64,000 bases of DNA, taken from IMG/VR virus record IMGVR_UViG_3300023179_000082, positions 10,220-74,219 of that record; one strand, 5' to 3'. The position numbers and the translations under genes were made by a program. Below the pieces are notes generated by a model. The model was not told the DNA's origin, made no database searches, and was given only the letters and a program-made list of their open reading frames with translations. Shown here in pieces: positions 1 through 11,353 of this stretch (position 1 is the first letter of the stretch; every line of letters begins with the position of its first letter). This DNA is from a virus.

Positions 1-3000
1 TGTGTTAGCACCATCCCATGAAGTAATTGTACTGCGATAACTTGTTCTATCTAAACGAATGGTTGTTCTTAATTCACGTGTTGGGCGACTTGTTGTAAAT
101 GCAACAGCACGTGCAGTTTCACCAAATACGTGACCATTACCCACCGCATTGCCATAAATCATCACAGGATCATCGTTATAATTAACATCACCTTGTCTTG
201 CCAATGCTGCTGCCTTATTGTTAAACAAAAATAAACTATTTGATGCTATATTAACACGAACATAATAGTAAGCACCATCTGTCAATCCTAATGGTGGTGT
301 GCTACCTTCTTCAACACGATAACGTACACAATCACCACTTATGAAATTAGTTGCTGCTGTTAAGTTAATACGATTAGTTCCCACACCAAAAGCATTAGCA
401 TTGAAAGTTTCTTCAAAAGCAGGTTGTATAAGGATTTCAGGTTGTTGTGCATAACCTGAACCACTATCATCTACTTGTATACCAATAACACGATCATTTG
501 CCATAATAGGCGTAAGTTGCGCCTCTGTTCTTGGCTCAGGGAATTGTGCTAAATCAATAACCGCATCAATAGTTGGTGGATTAGCATAAGCACGACCTGT
601 TTCAATAATAGTAACAGGGTCAAACGATAATAACACTTCAGTATTAGGATTGTGTGTGGCAATGGTAGTACCGAAACGTGCACGTGATAAACCTGCTAAA
701 CGACCACGATAATAATCAACAAAGTTATAACCTATAATTTCATCATCAATTTGGATGTAACCGATTGCTGGCATACCGTAGGCGTTAGAAACAAATATAC
801 TTGTAGCATCTAAGCTAACAAATCGACGTAATACTGCAATAGAAACATTCTCTGCTTCACTTTGATCAATACTTAAACCATAATTATTATACCAATTAAC
901 ATATTCACTTGTTGTCCATATTGGGTTAGATGGTAAGTATTCATTATCTTGTGCTTGAGTTAGTTCATATACTAAGATTGGACTTTCATAATTAGCCAAT
1001 GATTGTACATAACGTGAAGGTACATCAAAATCAGTAATATCACCCTCAAAGATTTCCGTACCAACATAACGGAAAGAAAAATCTTTAATAACTACATGGT
1101 ATGGTTTTACTTCATTTAAGTAACCACTCAAGAATTCTTGATTGTCACGTTGGAACTTTTCATAAGGAATAAGTTCTCTTATAGTATGTGATACATCAAT
1201 CAAGCTTGTTTTATTCAACCATGGCAAATAATTTTTACGCTGTTGCGCTTCGCTCATGATGTAATTAAACATTAGAACTAATGAACGATTTCTTTCAATT
1301 TGTAAATCACCAATAAAGATTTGTTCATTTATTGCACGAATAACATAACGTATAGGTAATGATACTTCATTTAAGTCAGTATTGGTATATAAGGTTGATG
1401 AAAATTGTATAGTACCATTTTCTATACCAATTAATACCCATTCGTTATTAAGATAGGCATAAAATACTGCATTACCACTTGTTGATGTTACTGATACTCT
1501 AGCAACTAATCCTTCTCTTGCTGTGACTGCTGCTAATTCAGGCACGCTTTGTACTTGAACTTGTGCTTTAGTTGCATTACTATAGCCACTAACCCAATAA
1601 TTCTCATAACTCCAAAAATCAGTAGTATCCCATCCTGTTCCACTTTCATTAAGGAAAGTCATCACACGACTTTCAGTAACAGGGTAATTAATTAATACAT
1701 TGTTAACATAAGTTATATAATTTTCTAATGCTAATGTACGATCTCTGAACATGCTTTGACGATACACATTGCTTGTACCATAACGAACTAATAATGGTAA
1801 ATTAGTATCAGGCACAGGTTGTGCTAAAATATCACGTCCTGCAAAACTATTAATATATTTTAAATATAATCCTTGTGGGTCTTGCTGACCAACTCTACGA
1901 ATATTTGGTATACCATTTAAGAAATCAAATGGATCATTTTGTTTGATTAAATTAAACTCAACATGTTTGTTATCAAAATTAACATTGTTTGAATAACCAA
2001 TGTGTAATGCACTACTATTAGCTCTAATGTATGTGTTAGTATTGTATAGTGCTACAGCATTTGTTCCAATTGGTGCAAGATAAGCAATTCCTGATCCTAT
2101 TGGGTTTAAAATGTATGAAGCAATAGTCGATGTATTTAAAGTTTTACCAATCTTAGTATCAATGATTGGGTTATTTTCTACCCAAAAATAATACAACGAT
2201 ACTAAACTGTTTGTGTTATTATCTTGTACGGTTACTGTGACATAATTGTCAAAGTTACGTGGTGTGCCTGGTCCCGCATAGTTTAGCGGATCCACCGTAC
2301 TTTCTGTCCAACGATAAACAAGTGGTAAACTACCAACAAATGGTTGACCCCAATGTTTTGCATTATATACGCTATATGGTGTAGAAGTTTCGCCATAAAC
2401 ACTTTGATGTGTATCCACCATTCGTATATTACTTGGGTCAAACCATATTCTACCAACCATGTCTTTTGTCCATGCAGGTGAATTTACTCCATATCCTGCA
2501 GGATCTTTCATTGTAATATAATCAATATTACTTTCTAATGCACCAAATAGTTTGCCTTGTATTGGATCAATATAATCTAAATATTCCAAATCAGTATTGT
2601 CAATGGTATCGTATATTGAAATATATTCTAACTTATTGATATTGACAGCAGCAAGAGGCGCACGTATAACGTTCCAAGTTTGCTGATTACTACTTGTAAA
2701 TTGCGTAACACGACCTACATCAGGTGTACCCCACATTGGGCTTGTTACTGTAATCACACTGTCTCTAAAAGCAATGCCACCACTGCCATACATAGGCTGT
2801 AGTCCATAGTTTCCTATGTTGTAAGTTGGGTCATTGGTATATTCTGCGAAGACGTACTTGCCTGGGTTGGTGATGTTTTCATTGGCTGCAGGTAAGTAAT
2901 CATAAACTAATACTTCACCAAATAAAGGCCATTGATCAATAAAGGTAGTTGCTCCCCAATCAAATATAGTGTCATCGTTTAAATAATTGTCGCTAAAATC

Positions 3001-6000
3001 AAACGTAGTGCGATCATGTTTAGTTGCAGTAGGTGCGCCAATGGCAATACTACTTGATTCATTCATGACAACATGATAACCAAATTGTGCTGTATCAGTT
3101 TTGTATGGTTCAAACAATGTTTGTGTCAATGTGTAAGGTGTTAAACCTAAAGCAGTTAATGTTGCCACACTGTTACTACTAATATCTAAGATATTAAGTG
3201 GTGTATCAACTAATAATGGGTCTACAGCAATAGTAAGGGTTGAACCACTAGCAGTTGCTGCAGCAGTACGTCCTGCTCCTGTCAATCCTGCATTAATCTG
3301 TGATACAATACCTGCTAAATTAGCTGCTGCTGTAATAGTAATTATGTCACTATCGATATATAGTGTTCCACTAAATGGATAGGATGCACTAACAACACCA
3401 CTTATAGTACCATAACGTTGTGCTGAACTTGTATAACGATATACTGCACCCTCTACATTGTTTACACCGCTAACAGTTTGTAAATTAAATGGTGCACCTA
3501 CAATAAAATCACTACCATATTGGAAAGTAGACACACTGTGACCGTATAATGCACCTTGATGTGGTGCAGGATTTACAATGGTTTGTTGTAAATTAATTGC
3601 TGAGCCTGTATAATCAAAGCAATATACAACACCTGCTTCAGTAATACCACTAATGGTAGACGTTGGTGCACTTACAAATAATTTATTACCTTGATTGCTA
3701 CATGCTACAGAATACCCAAAGCCTAATACTGCCCCTACACTGCCACTTGCTGATGGTGTTGTAACTGTACTACCTGCTACCCATGAAGCACCTGTGTTGA
3801 TGTATTGATATACATTGTTTGTTGAGCTACTACCAACATAAACAACGGTGCCTGTTGCGCTAGTAGCAATACTTGAACCTGCATTGCTTAAAACTATAGT
3901 TTGTGTTACTGCCGTTGATGGTGCTGTGTATATTCTTAAATTAGTACCACTTACTGTAAAGATGTAATTACCTGCTACAGCAATGTCTGTTACACTAGCT
4001 GATGATGCTAAGTTATATGGTGAACCACTTAATGGGAATACACGAACATAACCTGAATAAGCAATTACTGTACCAATCGTTGCATTATATGCAACTGCAC
4101 CTGTCTGTCCTGTACCTGCTGTGCTTGTTAATGTAGTTAATTGATAAACAGGAATACTTTCATACACTGCCCATTGTGCATCGGGTTGTGGTCCATCCTC
4201 ATCTGCCCAAAGTTTTTTACGAGCAAATTCATTATTTGGTATGGGGAAGTTGCTAGCATTGCTTGGTTGTGTTACACGATGATTTTGAAACTTGAATGAT
4301 ATACCTATACCTTCAATAGTACGTATATTATTTGGTAATAGTTTATTGATTAATACTGAGTTTAATGATACTTTTGTGTTTACAGTGTAATATCCATCAA
4401 TGTTACTATCAAAACCAACAACACTGAAACGTTGATTTTTTGTCAATCCATGTGGGCGATCATAGGTTAATGTACAGGTACCATTTAAATTATTTTGCAT
4501 GAGTACAACAACTGCGCCAACCGAGATTGGTGTACTTACGTTCCATGTGCTTAGATAATCTGCCAACCATATGTAATCACCATAGTACATATTTTGCACT
4601 GTATTGGAATCATCATTCAATCCAAAATAGTTGTATGATGTAGTTTTTACATCATCATAATTAACATAACCTGCAGTTGGAATACCTGCTTGTACTGTGT
4701 AATTATCAACCATAGGTGGCAAGAAATCTGCTGTATATGGTTTTCTATCCCAATTAATTAATTCATCGATATTGGTTGTTTGTTGTGCACCATTAACTGA
4801 AGTAATATTAGCATCAGTAAATCCAATAATTGTTGGATTACTGTTTAAGTCTGCTTCAATAAGTAAGGTTTCAACAAAATTGCTACTATTTACTGCACCA
4901 AATTCGCCACTTTGTATACCCCAATTTTCGTAAATATCATAATCAATTTGCCCTTGTGCAAATTCTGCTCGCTTAAATGCACTAGCAATTATGTTTGTAC
5001 CTTTTTCTTTGATAAAGTTTTTATAGATATTAACTTGGCTAATGGTGCTTAAATCTGCTGCTGCCATATAATTTCTTGGTCTAAAACCAATCAAACTAAA
5101 TGATAATAAATCAGTATCAGGATTAAGTGCGGCTACATTAGTATTGTAGAAGTTTAGTGCTTCAGCAGCTTCAGTACTAGGATTAGCTAATAATCCTTCT
5201 TGTACATCTTGATAATCACTTGCTATCCATTGTTCTTGATTAAAATTAGCGTTAGGTTCAATAATGGTTGCAGCAACCCAATACTTGTCCTTATACTTGA
5301 CAATTTGACCTTTTGTATACTTTATGTTTGATTGCCATTCAACAATGTTGTTTTGATTTAATAAGAAACCTTGTGCATCAACATATCCATCCCACTCAGC
5401 AGTAACATAACCCTTCATCAATATACGTTCTTGGCGTAAACCAATAGATACATTATAGATAACATCATTAAACAATGTTACATTATCAAATACAATGGCA
5501 TGTTCAATATTAGACATATTAAAAATAGAATATGCTAATGTATCGCCAACATTTTTTACTTGTAGCTCAAACAATGTACCATCACGATTGACCAACATAT
5601 TTGTTGGTTTGATAGGCACCATGTTTTGATCGAGTACAAAATTACTTTGTTGTAATGTTAATGGCTGAACAATAAAGTTCTCTCTATTAACAGTAAGTTT
5701 TTGACTGTTTGGGTTAAGGTTAATTAATGAACCTACTGACCATTTTTGTGATTGCCAATATAAGAACTCAGCAACCATTTGTGACCAATTATATTCAATG
5801 CCATCATAGTTATTGATAAACTGCATACCTTGGTTTTTAAGGTGTGCACCATAACGTACTAAAAATTCAGCTACACCTTCTAAACTGTAAAATTCGGTAC
5901 CATATGGCACAAGATAGGTTTCAGTTTTGTTAAATTCTGCGCTTACAGTGACACGGTATTTGTCATAGGAAATGATTTCTTTATAATTGTTGTTAATAGG

Positions 6001-9000
6001 TAAAGCACAACGGAAGAAACTTTGTGTTAAACTATTACCCCATACAGTATAACCATTTGCAGTTTTTTGTACAATTACTGTTGACCATGTGATTTTATCA
6101 GATGGTACATTATCATACAGTAATATGTTATAGCTTTCTGCAGGTATTAACAAACCTGTGTTAGTACTATTTGTGCTTGCTTTTTCAACAAGAAAACTTA
6201 AAAACTTCTTAGCTGTAAATCCACCAACACGATATACCAAACGCACATCTAAATTTTGTATAGCAGTTTGTACATCAGTAGTCGATGATGTACCACGTTG
6301 GTTAAGATAATCAACTACCCAATTAATATAACTGTGTTTAGGTGTACCATCACCATATACTACAATGTCATTTGGGTTGATGTGGTAACGATCATTGTAC
6401 AACCATTGTGCTATTTCAGTGTTAAAACGATATAAATCACGATCAACCATCAAACCAAAGAATTTTGCAGGTTTTGTTAATACAAACAATCTCATTAAGT
6501 CAAATGGGTATGTACTGCTTTTCTCATAACTCGCTTCTGTTGGCGAATCATCCCCAGGTAACCAATCCCTCCTAAAATCTATTGAATTATAAAAACCAAT
6601 CACTACACTTAAAGGTGGTACTAAATTACCTGAACTATCAACAGGAATTATGTTTAACAATTGTGGACGTTGATATTTGGTTAATGTATAACTATTTCCA
6701 TTATTCCATACAAAACCATTGGCTAAATCTGTCCATAACACAGTGTTATCACTAGTATATGGTGCATCGCCATAGTAACTAATCCACCATGAAGGACGTG
6801 CTGCAAAACCAAGCATTTGCCATGGAGTAATATGTGGTGTATCCGTATCATATAACCACTTGTACAAACCACGCCAATATCCTTGTTTAACTAGGCTATT
6901 ATCTATTTCAATAGTGCTACCACGATAGTTGTAAGTAAATGCATTGTCAGCACGATAAAAATTAGTGCGATAATTTAAACGATTCTTCCCAATCCAATTT
7001 AAAAATGATGGGGTTGTAACTTGTAATACTTCTTCATCGCTATATGCAGTGGTGCGGAACTGTCCTGGAACAATATCCGCTGTTACAATAGGAATATCTT
7101 GTGTAACTTTAATATTATTCCATACACGATTTTCAAACTCAAATAAGGCAATATCACGTGGGTCAGTTAAACGACCATTGACATAAGTGCCATATAGTTT
7201 TGTGTAACTGCCATCATGCCCTATAATGAAGTATGTTGGTGTAGTATAACTATTGTCTAATAATACTTGTGGAACAAATGCAGGATACATGCCTAACTTT
7301 GATGGTGTATTAGGACAGAAAGTACCCCATGTTTGGTTATACTCTTTAATTGTTACAACATCACCTGCTAAGAAATCAAAAGTTATGGTTACACTTGGAG
7401 AGGTAGTGCTTGTTACCCAATTAACATTACGCAATAATTGTATTTCACGAGCATATCCATCAATTTGTCGTGTAACATAAATGCCTAAACCATCATAATT
7501 AGCACTAGTAAAATTATAAATTTGACTTAAAGTATAGCTTGCAGTGCTTGCTGAATTTCTAAATGAGTAATTATTGGTGATATAAGCATCACCACTATAA
7601 AACATATCACTCCAAAAGAATGGCACAGTCTCTGCTTTAGCTTGCACCAAACGTTGAACAATTGTATCTAAAATATAAGATGGTGTATCATAAGGTGAAA
7701 AGTCTAACTGATAAGCAGTGTCAACAATTAATTGTTTATAATTTGTATATTCATTGCTATTAAAGGTTAATGCATCTAACACATTATACCCAGGCTTCCT
7801 TAAAAACAACCCTGTTAATAATAAGGGAGCACTGTTTTGTACAATTTTATTACCATATTCACTTAAATTAGGTAAATCACGACTGTTATTATTTCCTACG
7901 AAATTACCTGTTACTAATCCACTATTTTCGCATATACTAATCCAATGATTACGTATGCCACCTAAGTCTAATGTAGTTGGGTTAACATTGAATGGATTGT
8001 TTTCTAAGTTAGTAGGTACAGTAAAATAAGCATTTGAACTAATTTCAGGACTTAATAATTCTACAACAATAGGTAAATCATATTCAACATTAGGTACAGT
8101 AATGATAGTTTCTGTACTAGTCACTGTATAACTAAATTGATTAGATTTTAAATAACGATTATTTAAATATACTTTAACAGGGTTCCATCCTGTATCAGGT
8201 TGTGCAGGAATTTCACATATTACAGTGGTAACATTGTTGGCTGTGTTAAAAGCACTACTAGTAAATGAAAATACTTGATATTGTACGCTTTGTTCTACAG
8301 AATTAACCCAACCAATACGTTTAGTAGGAATGGTAGGAATAATATATTGATTTACATAACCTGTATTAATTAATTCACTTACTGTGGTAGTGCCACTAGT
8401 ATAACTAAATGTATCAGTATTAAAGTTTACAGTAAAGTTAATGTCACTAGTATTTTCAATACTTGTATATTGTATAGGAAAACCTAACACAGGGTCATCA
8501 GGACCGTCAGGGTTAGGTGTATATGAAAATAATTTACTACCTGCAAAAGTAGAAGCAGGATATGAAGATGTATTAGATAAACTTACACCATTTTCATTTA
8601 ACACATCAAACAATGGTGCTTGATTAGTGCCTGTTTTTAATTGTGATTGTTGCCAACCACCTGTACCACTAAACAATTCTAAATCATAGTAAAACGTACG
8701 TCCAACATGATTATAAGAATCATCACCACGTGTAATAATTGCTTGACTTAAATCTTCTACAGCAACATCTGTATCTTGTACAAAACTTGCAACTGTTGTA
8801 CCTGATGTATCAATTTGTACAAAAGTAGCGTAGTAAATTTTATTACGTACACTAGAGTCAGTATCATTACTAACAATTATTCTTGCACCATCAAATACTG
8901 TTTGTCCATCAATAACATAATTACCAAAACTTGCATATGCAGTACCCACGCTAGGTGGTGTATATCCTTGCGTGTCTAATGGTTCAGGTGAACTTATATC

Positions 9001-11295
9001 TGCTACTGAAGATAATTTAAACGTTGTTATACTTGGCGTAGATGTATCAATATCATAGATATAATATAGTTGATTATCTAAATCAAGCCATTCGCTAGGC
9101 CATGTATTAGGAATTTGTAAAACAACTGATTGACCCTCTACTAGCGTAACATTAAGAGCAGGATTTTCTATACCCACTAATTCTGAATTGTTAACTGTTA
9201 CAACTGCTGCACTTGCAGAAGAAAAGTTTGCAATAGTTGGTAAGGTAGGAATAATACCTTCTACGGTAGTAAACAAATCTACGGTAGCAGTATCAATATA
9301 GTCAACATCACCTAATGAGTTAATACCACTAGTAAATAATTTTAAATTAGGTACAAACTCAATAATTGGGCGTTTTGCTCTTGCTGAAGTTGATTCTAAA
9401 TCTTGTAAAGCACGTGCGCTTTTTGTATAATCATAGGTTGCTTGTAACACTTCATAATGAAACCAACGATTACTACGTGACCACGCATTGCGATCACGTG
9501 ATAAACGACTAATAGTGATATAATCTTGACTAATAGGTTGATTTAAAATTACATCATATCCTGTTGTATCATATGGTTCCATATCATATGGTACAAATAT
9601 TGGATCAGTATACAATTCAGGTGTACTTAAGTCTGTAGTAGGTATTAACTCAATTGCAGTGCCAACACCTTCAACATAATATTCACCTTCTTCATAAGCA
9701 ACAGGTATAACATTACCTTCAAACCTAACTTTTAAACCATTCGTGAAAACCACACCATTAGGACTAGTATAAGTTGATTTACCAACAATATCAGTGATAA
9801 AGATAGATGCATCTGCATTGCTATCAATAAGTTCTATAATACCTACACTATTCGGATCATTAGCATTTTGATAATATAATCGATTTAATTGTGCGCTAAG
9901 ATAAGGAATTAACTCAATTTGTCCTGCTAAATTTCTAAAGAATGAACGTGCTTGATATACTGTACCTAAGTTTACTGTAATTTTTTCCAATGTTGGAATA
10001 TTACTTTCTTCAACTAAGCGTATAATGATTGTTTGGTCAAAACCAATCTCTACAGGCGTAGTTACGCTTTGTGCAGGATCAGGATAACTTTCATCATAAC
10101 GTGGGTATGGTGCAGCATTATAACCTACTGTAACCGCAGGTGGAACAGGATAACGCTCATTTTCAAAGGTTAAAGTTGTAGATGTTGTTACGGTAACATT
10201 GTTACTTAAATATACGTTAGAATTAACTACATTTTCTACTACTGTGTTTGATGGTATACCGCTACCTGTCACAACCATACCTGGGTAGATATTTGCAATA
10301 TCATCCACGCCAATGATAGACACACTTGTATAAGTTCCATCAGGAGTGGTTGTTGCTGTTAGTACATTATTTGTATCATATACAATACGATAATATTTTA
10401 CTTGATTGGCAATGCTGTCAGGACCGTAAAACAGTATACTTTTACCATTTAAATCAGTAACTCCATCAATATTATAACCAATCTCAGCTAATGTTTTACC
10501 ATTTAAATCATCATAAGTGCCTGTATAGATGATGTCAACCGCATGGTTACCAGGCAAATCATACTGCGATTGTGCTATTTTAGATGGTACCGTAAATGTT
10601 ACAACACCTGTAGATGCGCCATTGTTCGTAACACCAAGTATATCTCTTGTACTGATATTAGGATAATTAGGCAGTGTTCCTGTTACGCCTGGCACGCCTT
10701 GTATCCAAAATGGATCACTACCACTTGTAACAAAACGATAAGTGCCACCACGTAGCAATGTAATAATTGGGTTTTTCTGTTCAAAACTTGAAATTCTATA
10801 ACCATCACTAGAATCAAGTACGTTATATGTTCTACGATTGTATACAGTATCAGTTGATACTAGCACAGAATCAGGACCAAGCGGTAACCAATAGTATTGC
10901 TGATAGTTCAACAACATGTCATAGTTAATGTATGATTCCCAACTATAACTATCTTGTGTGAATAAATCTTGTGGGTTTAGGGTTAAATTGTTTGGTTGCT
11001 TAAGGGCATCGACAATACCTGGGTAGGAGATAAAGTCCTGTGGCTTTTGTGTATCAGGCTTTAAAAAGATAACCGCAGGTTCAAGCTGATAGTCAGTCCT
11101 GATTTTGTCAGGTTCGACAACATATTTGTCATTGCGATTAATGCCATAGCCAAATTTTTCGCCAATATAGCCTTGAACAGCAGTTACATTCTTTTGCTGA
11201 GTCAATTGCTCTAGCGTAGCAGACAAAAATTGTCTGTTAGTTTCAGTCCTGAATATTTCAGGCAAAAAGTCGATTGTGCGTACCTTGGTTACCAT
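1..11295 (-). CDS. Giant virion structural protein (baseplate-associated), 3' end truncated by the window edge; >3,765 aa; contains FG-GAP-like beta-propeller repeats
   Basis: ATG at 11295 gives MVTKVRTIDFLPEIFRTETNRQFLSATLEQL. The same frame reads as protein at spot checks near 3050 (QFGYHVVMNESSSIAIGAP) and at position 1 (IRLDRTSYRSTITSWDGANT). It is absent from the ORF track, consistent with no stop inside the window. It follows the gp6-like gene and has CTAAATA upstream (11321-11327). Not every codon was checked. Confidence 0.85.
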   Translation of the reverse strand, partial: MVTKVRTIDFLPEIFRTETNRQFLSATLEQLTQQKNVTAVQGYIGEKFGYGINRNDKYVVEPDKIRTDYQLEPAVIFLKPDTQKPQDFISYPGIVDALKQPNNLTLNPQDLFTQDSYSWESYINYDMLLNYQQYYWLPLGPDSVLVSTDTVYNRRTYNVLDSSDGYRISSFEQKNPIITLLRGGTYRFVTSGSDPFWIQGVPGVTGTLPNYPNISTRDILGVTNNGASTGVVTFTVPSKIAQSQYDLPGNHAVDIIYTGTYDDLNGKTLAEIGYNIDGVTDLNGKSILFYGPDSIANQVKYYRIVYDTNNVLTATTTPDGTYTSVSIIGVDDIANIYPGMVVTGSGIPSNTVVENVVNSNVYLSNNVTVTTSTTLTFENERYPVPPAVTVGYNAAPYPRYDESYPDPAQSVTTPVEIGFDQTIIIRLVEESNIPTLEKITVNLGTVYQARSFFRNLAGQIELIPYLSAQLNRLYYQNANDPNSVGIIELIDSNADASIFITDIVGKSTYTSPNGVVFTNGLKVRFEGNVIPVAYEEGEYYVEGVGTAIELIPTTDLSTPELYTDPIFVPYDMEPYDTTGYDVILNQPISQDYITISRLSRDRNAWSRSNRWFHYEVLQATYDYTKSARALQDLESTSARAKRPIIEFVPNLKLFTSGINSLGDVDYIDTATVDLFTTVEGIIPTLPTIANFSSASAAVVTVNNSELVGIENPALNVTLVEGQSVVLQIPNTWPSEWLDLDNQLYYIYDIDTSTPSITTFKLSSVADISSPEPLDTQGYTPPSVGTAYASFGNYVIDGQTVFDGARIIVSNDTDSSVRNKIYYATFVQIDTSGTTVASFVQDTDVAVEDLSQAIITRGDDSYNHVGRTFYYDLELFSGTGGWQQSQLKTGTNQAPLFDVLNENGVSLSNTSSYPASTFAGSKLFSYTPNPDGPDDPVLGFPIQYTSIENTSDINFTVNFNTDTFSYTSGTTTVSELINTGYVNQYIIPTIPTKRIGWVNSVEQSVQYQVFSFTSSAFNTANNVTTVICEIPAQPDTGWNPVKVYLNNRYLKSNQFSYTVTSTETIITVPNVEYDLPIVVELLSPEISSNAYFTVPTNLENNPFNVNPTTLDLGGIRNHWISICENSGLVTGNFVGNNNSRDLPNLSEYGNKIVQNSAPLLLTGLFLRKPGYNVLDALTFNSNEYTNYKQLIVDTAYQLDFSPYDTPSYILDTIVQRLVQAKAETVPFFWSDMFYSGDAYITNNYSFRNSASTASYTLSQIYNFTSANYDGLGIYVTRQIDGYAREIQLLRNVNWVTSTTSPSVTITFDFLAGDVVTIKEYNQTWGTFCPNTPSKLGMYPAFVPQVLLDNSYTTPTYFIIGHDGSYTKLYGTYVNGRLTDPRDIALFEFENRVWNNIKVTQDIPIVTADIVPGQFRTTAYSDEEVLQVTTPSFLNWIGKNRLNYRTNFYRADNAFTYNYRGSTIEIDNSLVKQGYWRGLYKWLYDTDTPHITPWQMLGFAARPSWWISYYGDAPYTSDNTVLWTDLANGFVWNNGNSYTLTKYQRPQLLNIIPVDSSGNLVPPLSVVIGFYNSIDFRRDWLPGDDSPTEASYEKSSTYPFDLMRLFVLTKPAKFFGLMVDRDLYRFNTEIAQWLYNDRYHINPNDIVVYGDGTPKHSYINWVVDYLNQRGTSSTTDVQTAIQNLDVRLVYRVGGFTAKKFLSFLVEKASTNSTNTGLLIPAESYNILLYDNVPSDKITWSTVIVQKTANGYTVWGNSLTQSFFRCALPINNNYKEIISYDKYRVTVSAEFNKTETYLVPYGTEFYSLEGVAEFLVRYGAHLKNQGMQFINNYDGIEYNWSQMVAEFLYWQSQKWSVGSLINLNPNSQKLTVNRENFIVQPLTLQQSNFVLDQNMVPIKPTNMLVNRDGTLFELQVKNVGDTLAYSIFNMSNIEHAIVFDNVTLFNDVIYNVSIGLRQERILMKGYVTAEWDGYVDAQGFLLNQNNIVEWQSNIKYTKGQIVKYKDKYWVAATIIEPNANFNQEQWIASDYQDVQEGLLANPSTEAAEALNFYNTNVAALNPDTDLLSFSLIGFRPRNYMAAADLSTISQVNIYKNFIKEKGTNIIASAFKRAEFAQGQIDYDIYENWGIQSGEFGAVNSSNFVETLLIEADLNSNPTIIGFTDANITSVNGAQQTTNIDELINWDRKPYTADFLPPMVDNYTVQAGIPTAGYVNYDDVKTTSYNYFGLNDDSNTVQNMYYGDYIWLADYLSTWNVSTPISVGAVVVLMQNNLNGTCTLTYDRPHGLTKNQRFSVVGFDSNIDGYYTVNTKVSLNSVLINKLLPNNIRTIEGIGISFKFQNHRVTQPSNASNFPIPNNEFARKKLWADEDGPQPDAQWAVYESIPVYQLTTLTSTAGTGQTGAVAYNATIGTVIAYSGYVRVFPLSGSPYNLASSASVTDIAVAGNYIFTVSGTNLRIYTAPSTAVTQTIVLSNAGSSIATSATGTVVYVGSSSTNNVYQYINTGASWVAGSTVTTPSASGSVGAVLGFGYSVACSNQGNKLFVSAPTSTISGITEAGVVYCFDYTGSAINLQQTIVNPAPHQGALYGHSVSTFQYGSDFIVGAPFNLQTVSGVNNVEGAVYRYTSSAQRYGTISGVVSASYPFSGTLYIDSDIITITAAANLAGIVSQINAGLTGAGRTAAATASGSTLTIAVDPLLVDTPLNILDISSNSVATLTALGLTPYTLTQTLFEPYKTDTAQFGYHVVMNESSSIAIGAPTATKHDRTTFDFSDNYLNDDTIFDWGATTFIDQWPLFGEVLVYDYLPAANENITNPGKYVFAEYTNDPTYNIGNYGLQPMYGSGGIAFRDSVITVTSPMWGTPDVGRVTQFTSSNQQTWNVIRAPLAAVNINKLEYISIYDTIDNTDLEYLDYIDPIQGKLFGALESNIDYITMKDPAGYGVNSPAWTKDMVGRIWFDPSNIRMVDTHQSVYGETSTPYSVYNAKHWGQPFVGSLPLVYRWTESTVDPLNYAGPGTPRNFDNYVTVTVQDNNTNSLVSLYYFWVENNPIIDTKIGKTLNTSTIASYILNPIGSGIAYLAPIGTNAVALYNTNTYIRANSSALHIGYSNNVNFDNKHVEFNLIKQNDPFDFLNGIPNIRRVGQQDPQGLYLKYINSFAGRDILAQPVPDTNLPLLVRYGTSNVYRQSMFRDRTLALENYITYVNNVLINYPVTESRVMTFLNESGTGWDTTDFWSYENYWVSGYSNATKAQVQVQSVPELAAVTAREGLVARVSVTSTSGNAVFYAYLNNEWVLIGIENGTIQFSSTLYTNTDLNEVSLPIRYVIRAINEQIFIGDLQIERNRSLVLMFNYIMSEAQQRKNYLPWLNKTSLIDVSHTIRELIPYEKFQRDNQEFLSGYLNEVKPYHVVIKDFSFRYVGTEIFEGDITDFDVPSRYVQSLANYESPILVYELTQAQDNEYLPSNPIWTTSEYVNWYNNYGLSIDQSEAENVSIAVLRRFVSLDATSIFVSNAYGMPAIGYIQIDDEIIGYNFVDYYRGRLAGLSRARFGTTIATHNPNTEVLLSFDPVTIIETGRAYANPPTIDAVIDLAQFPEPRTEAQLTPIMANDRVIGIQVDDSGSGYAQQPEILIQPAFEETFNANAFGVGTNRINLTAATNFISGDCVRYRVEEGSTPPLGLTDGAYYYVRVNIASNSLFLFNNKAAALARQGDVNYNDDPVMIYGNAVGNGHVFGETARAVAFTTSRPTRELRTTIRLDRTSYRSTITSWDGANT

Positions 11296-11353
11296 ATTTA
11301 AAATATACTAATAATAATATTATTTAGTCGCCGTAATTATCAGCATATTTAGA

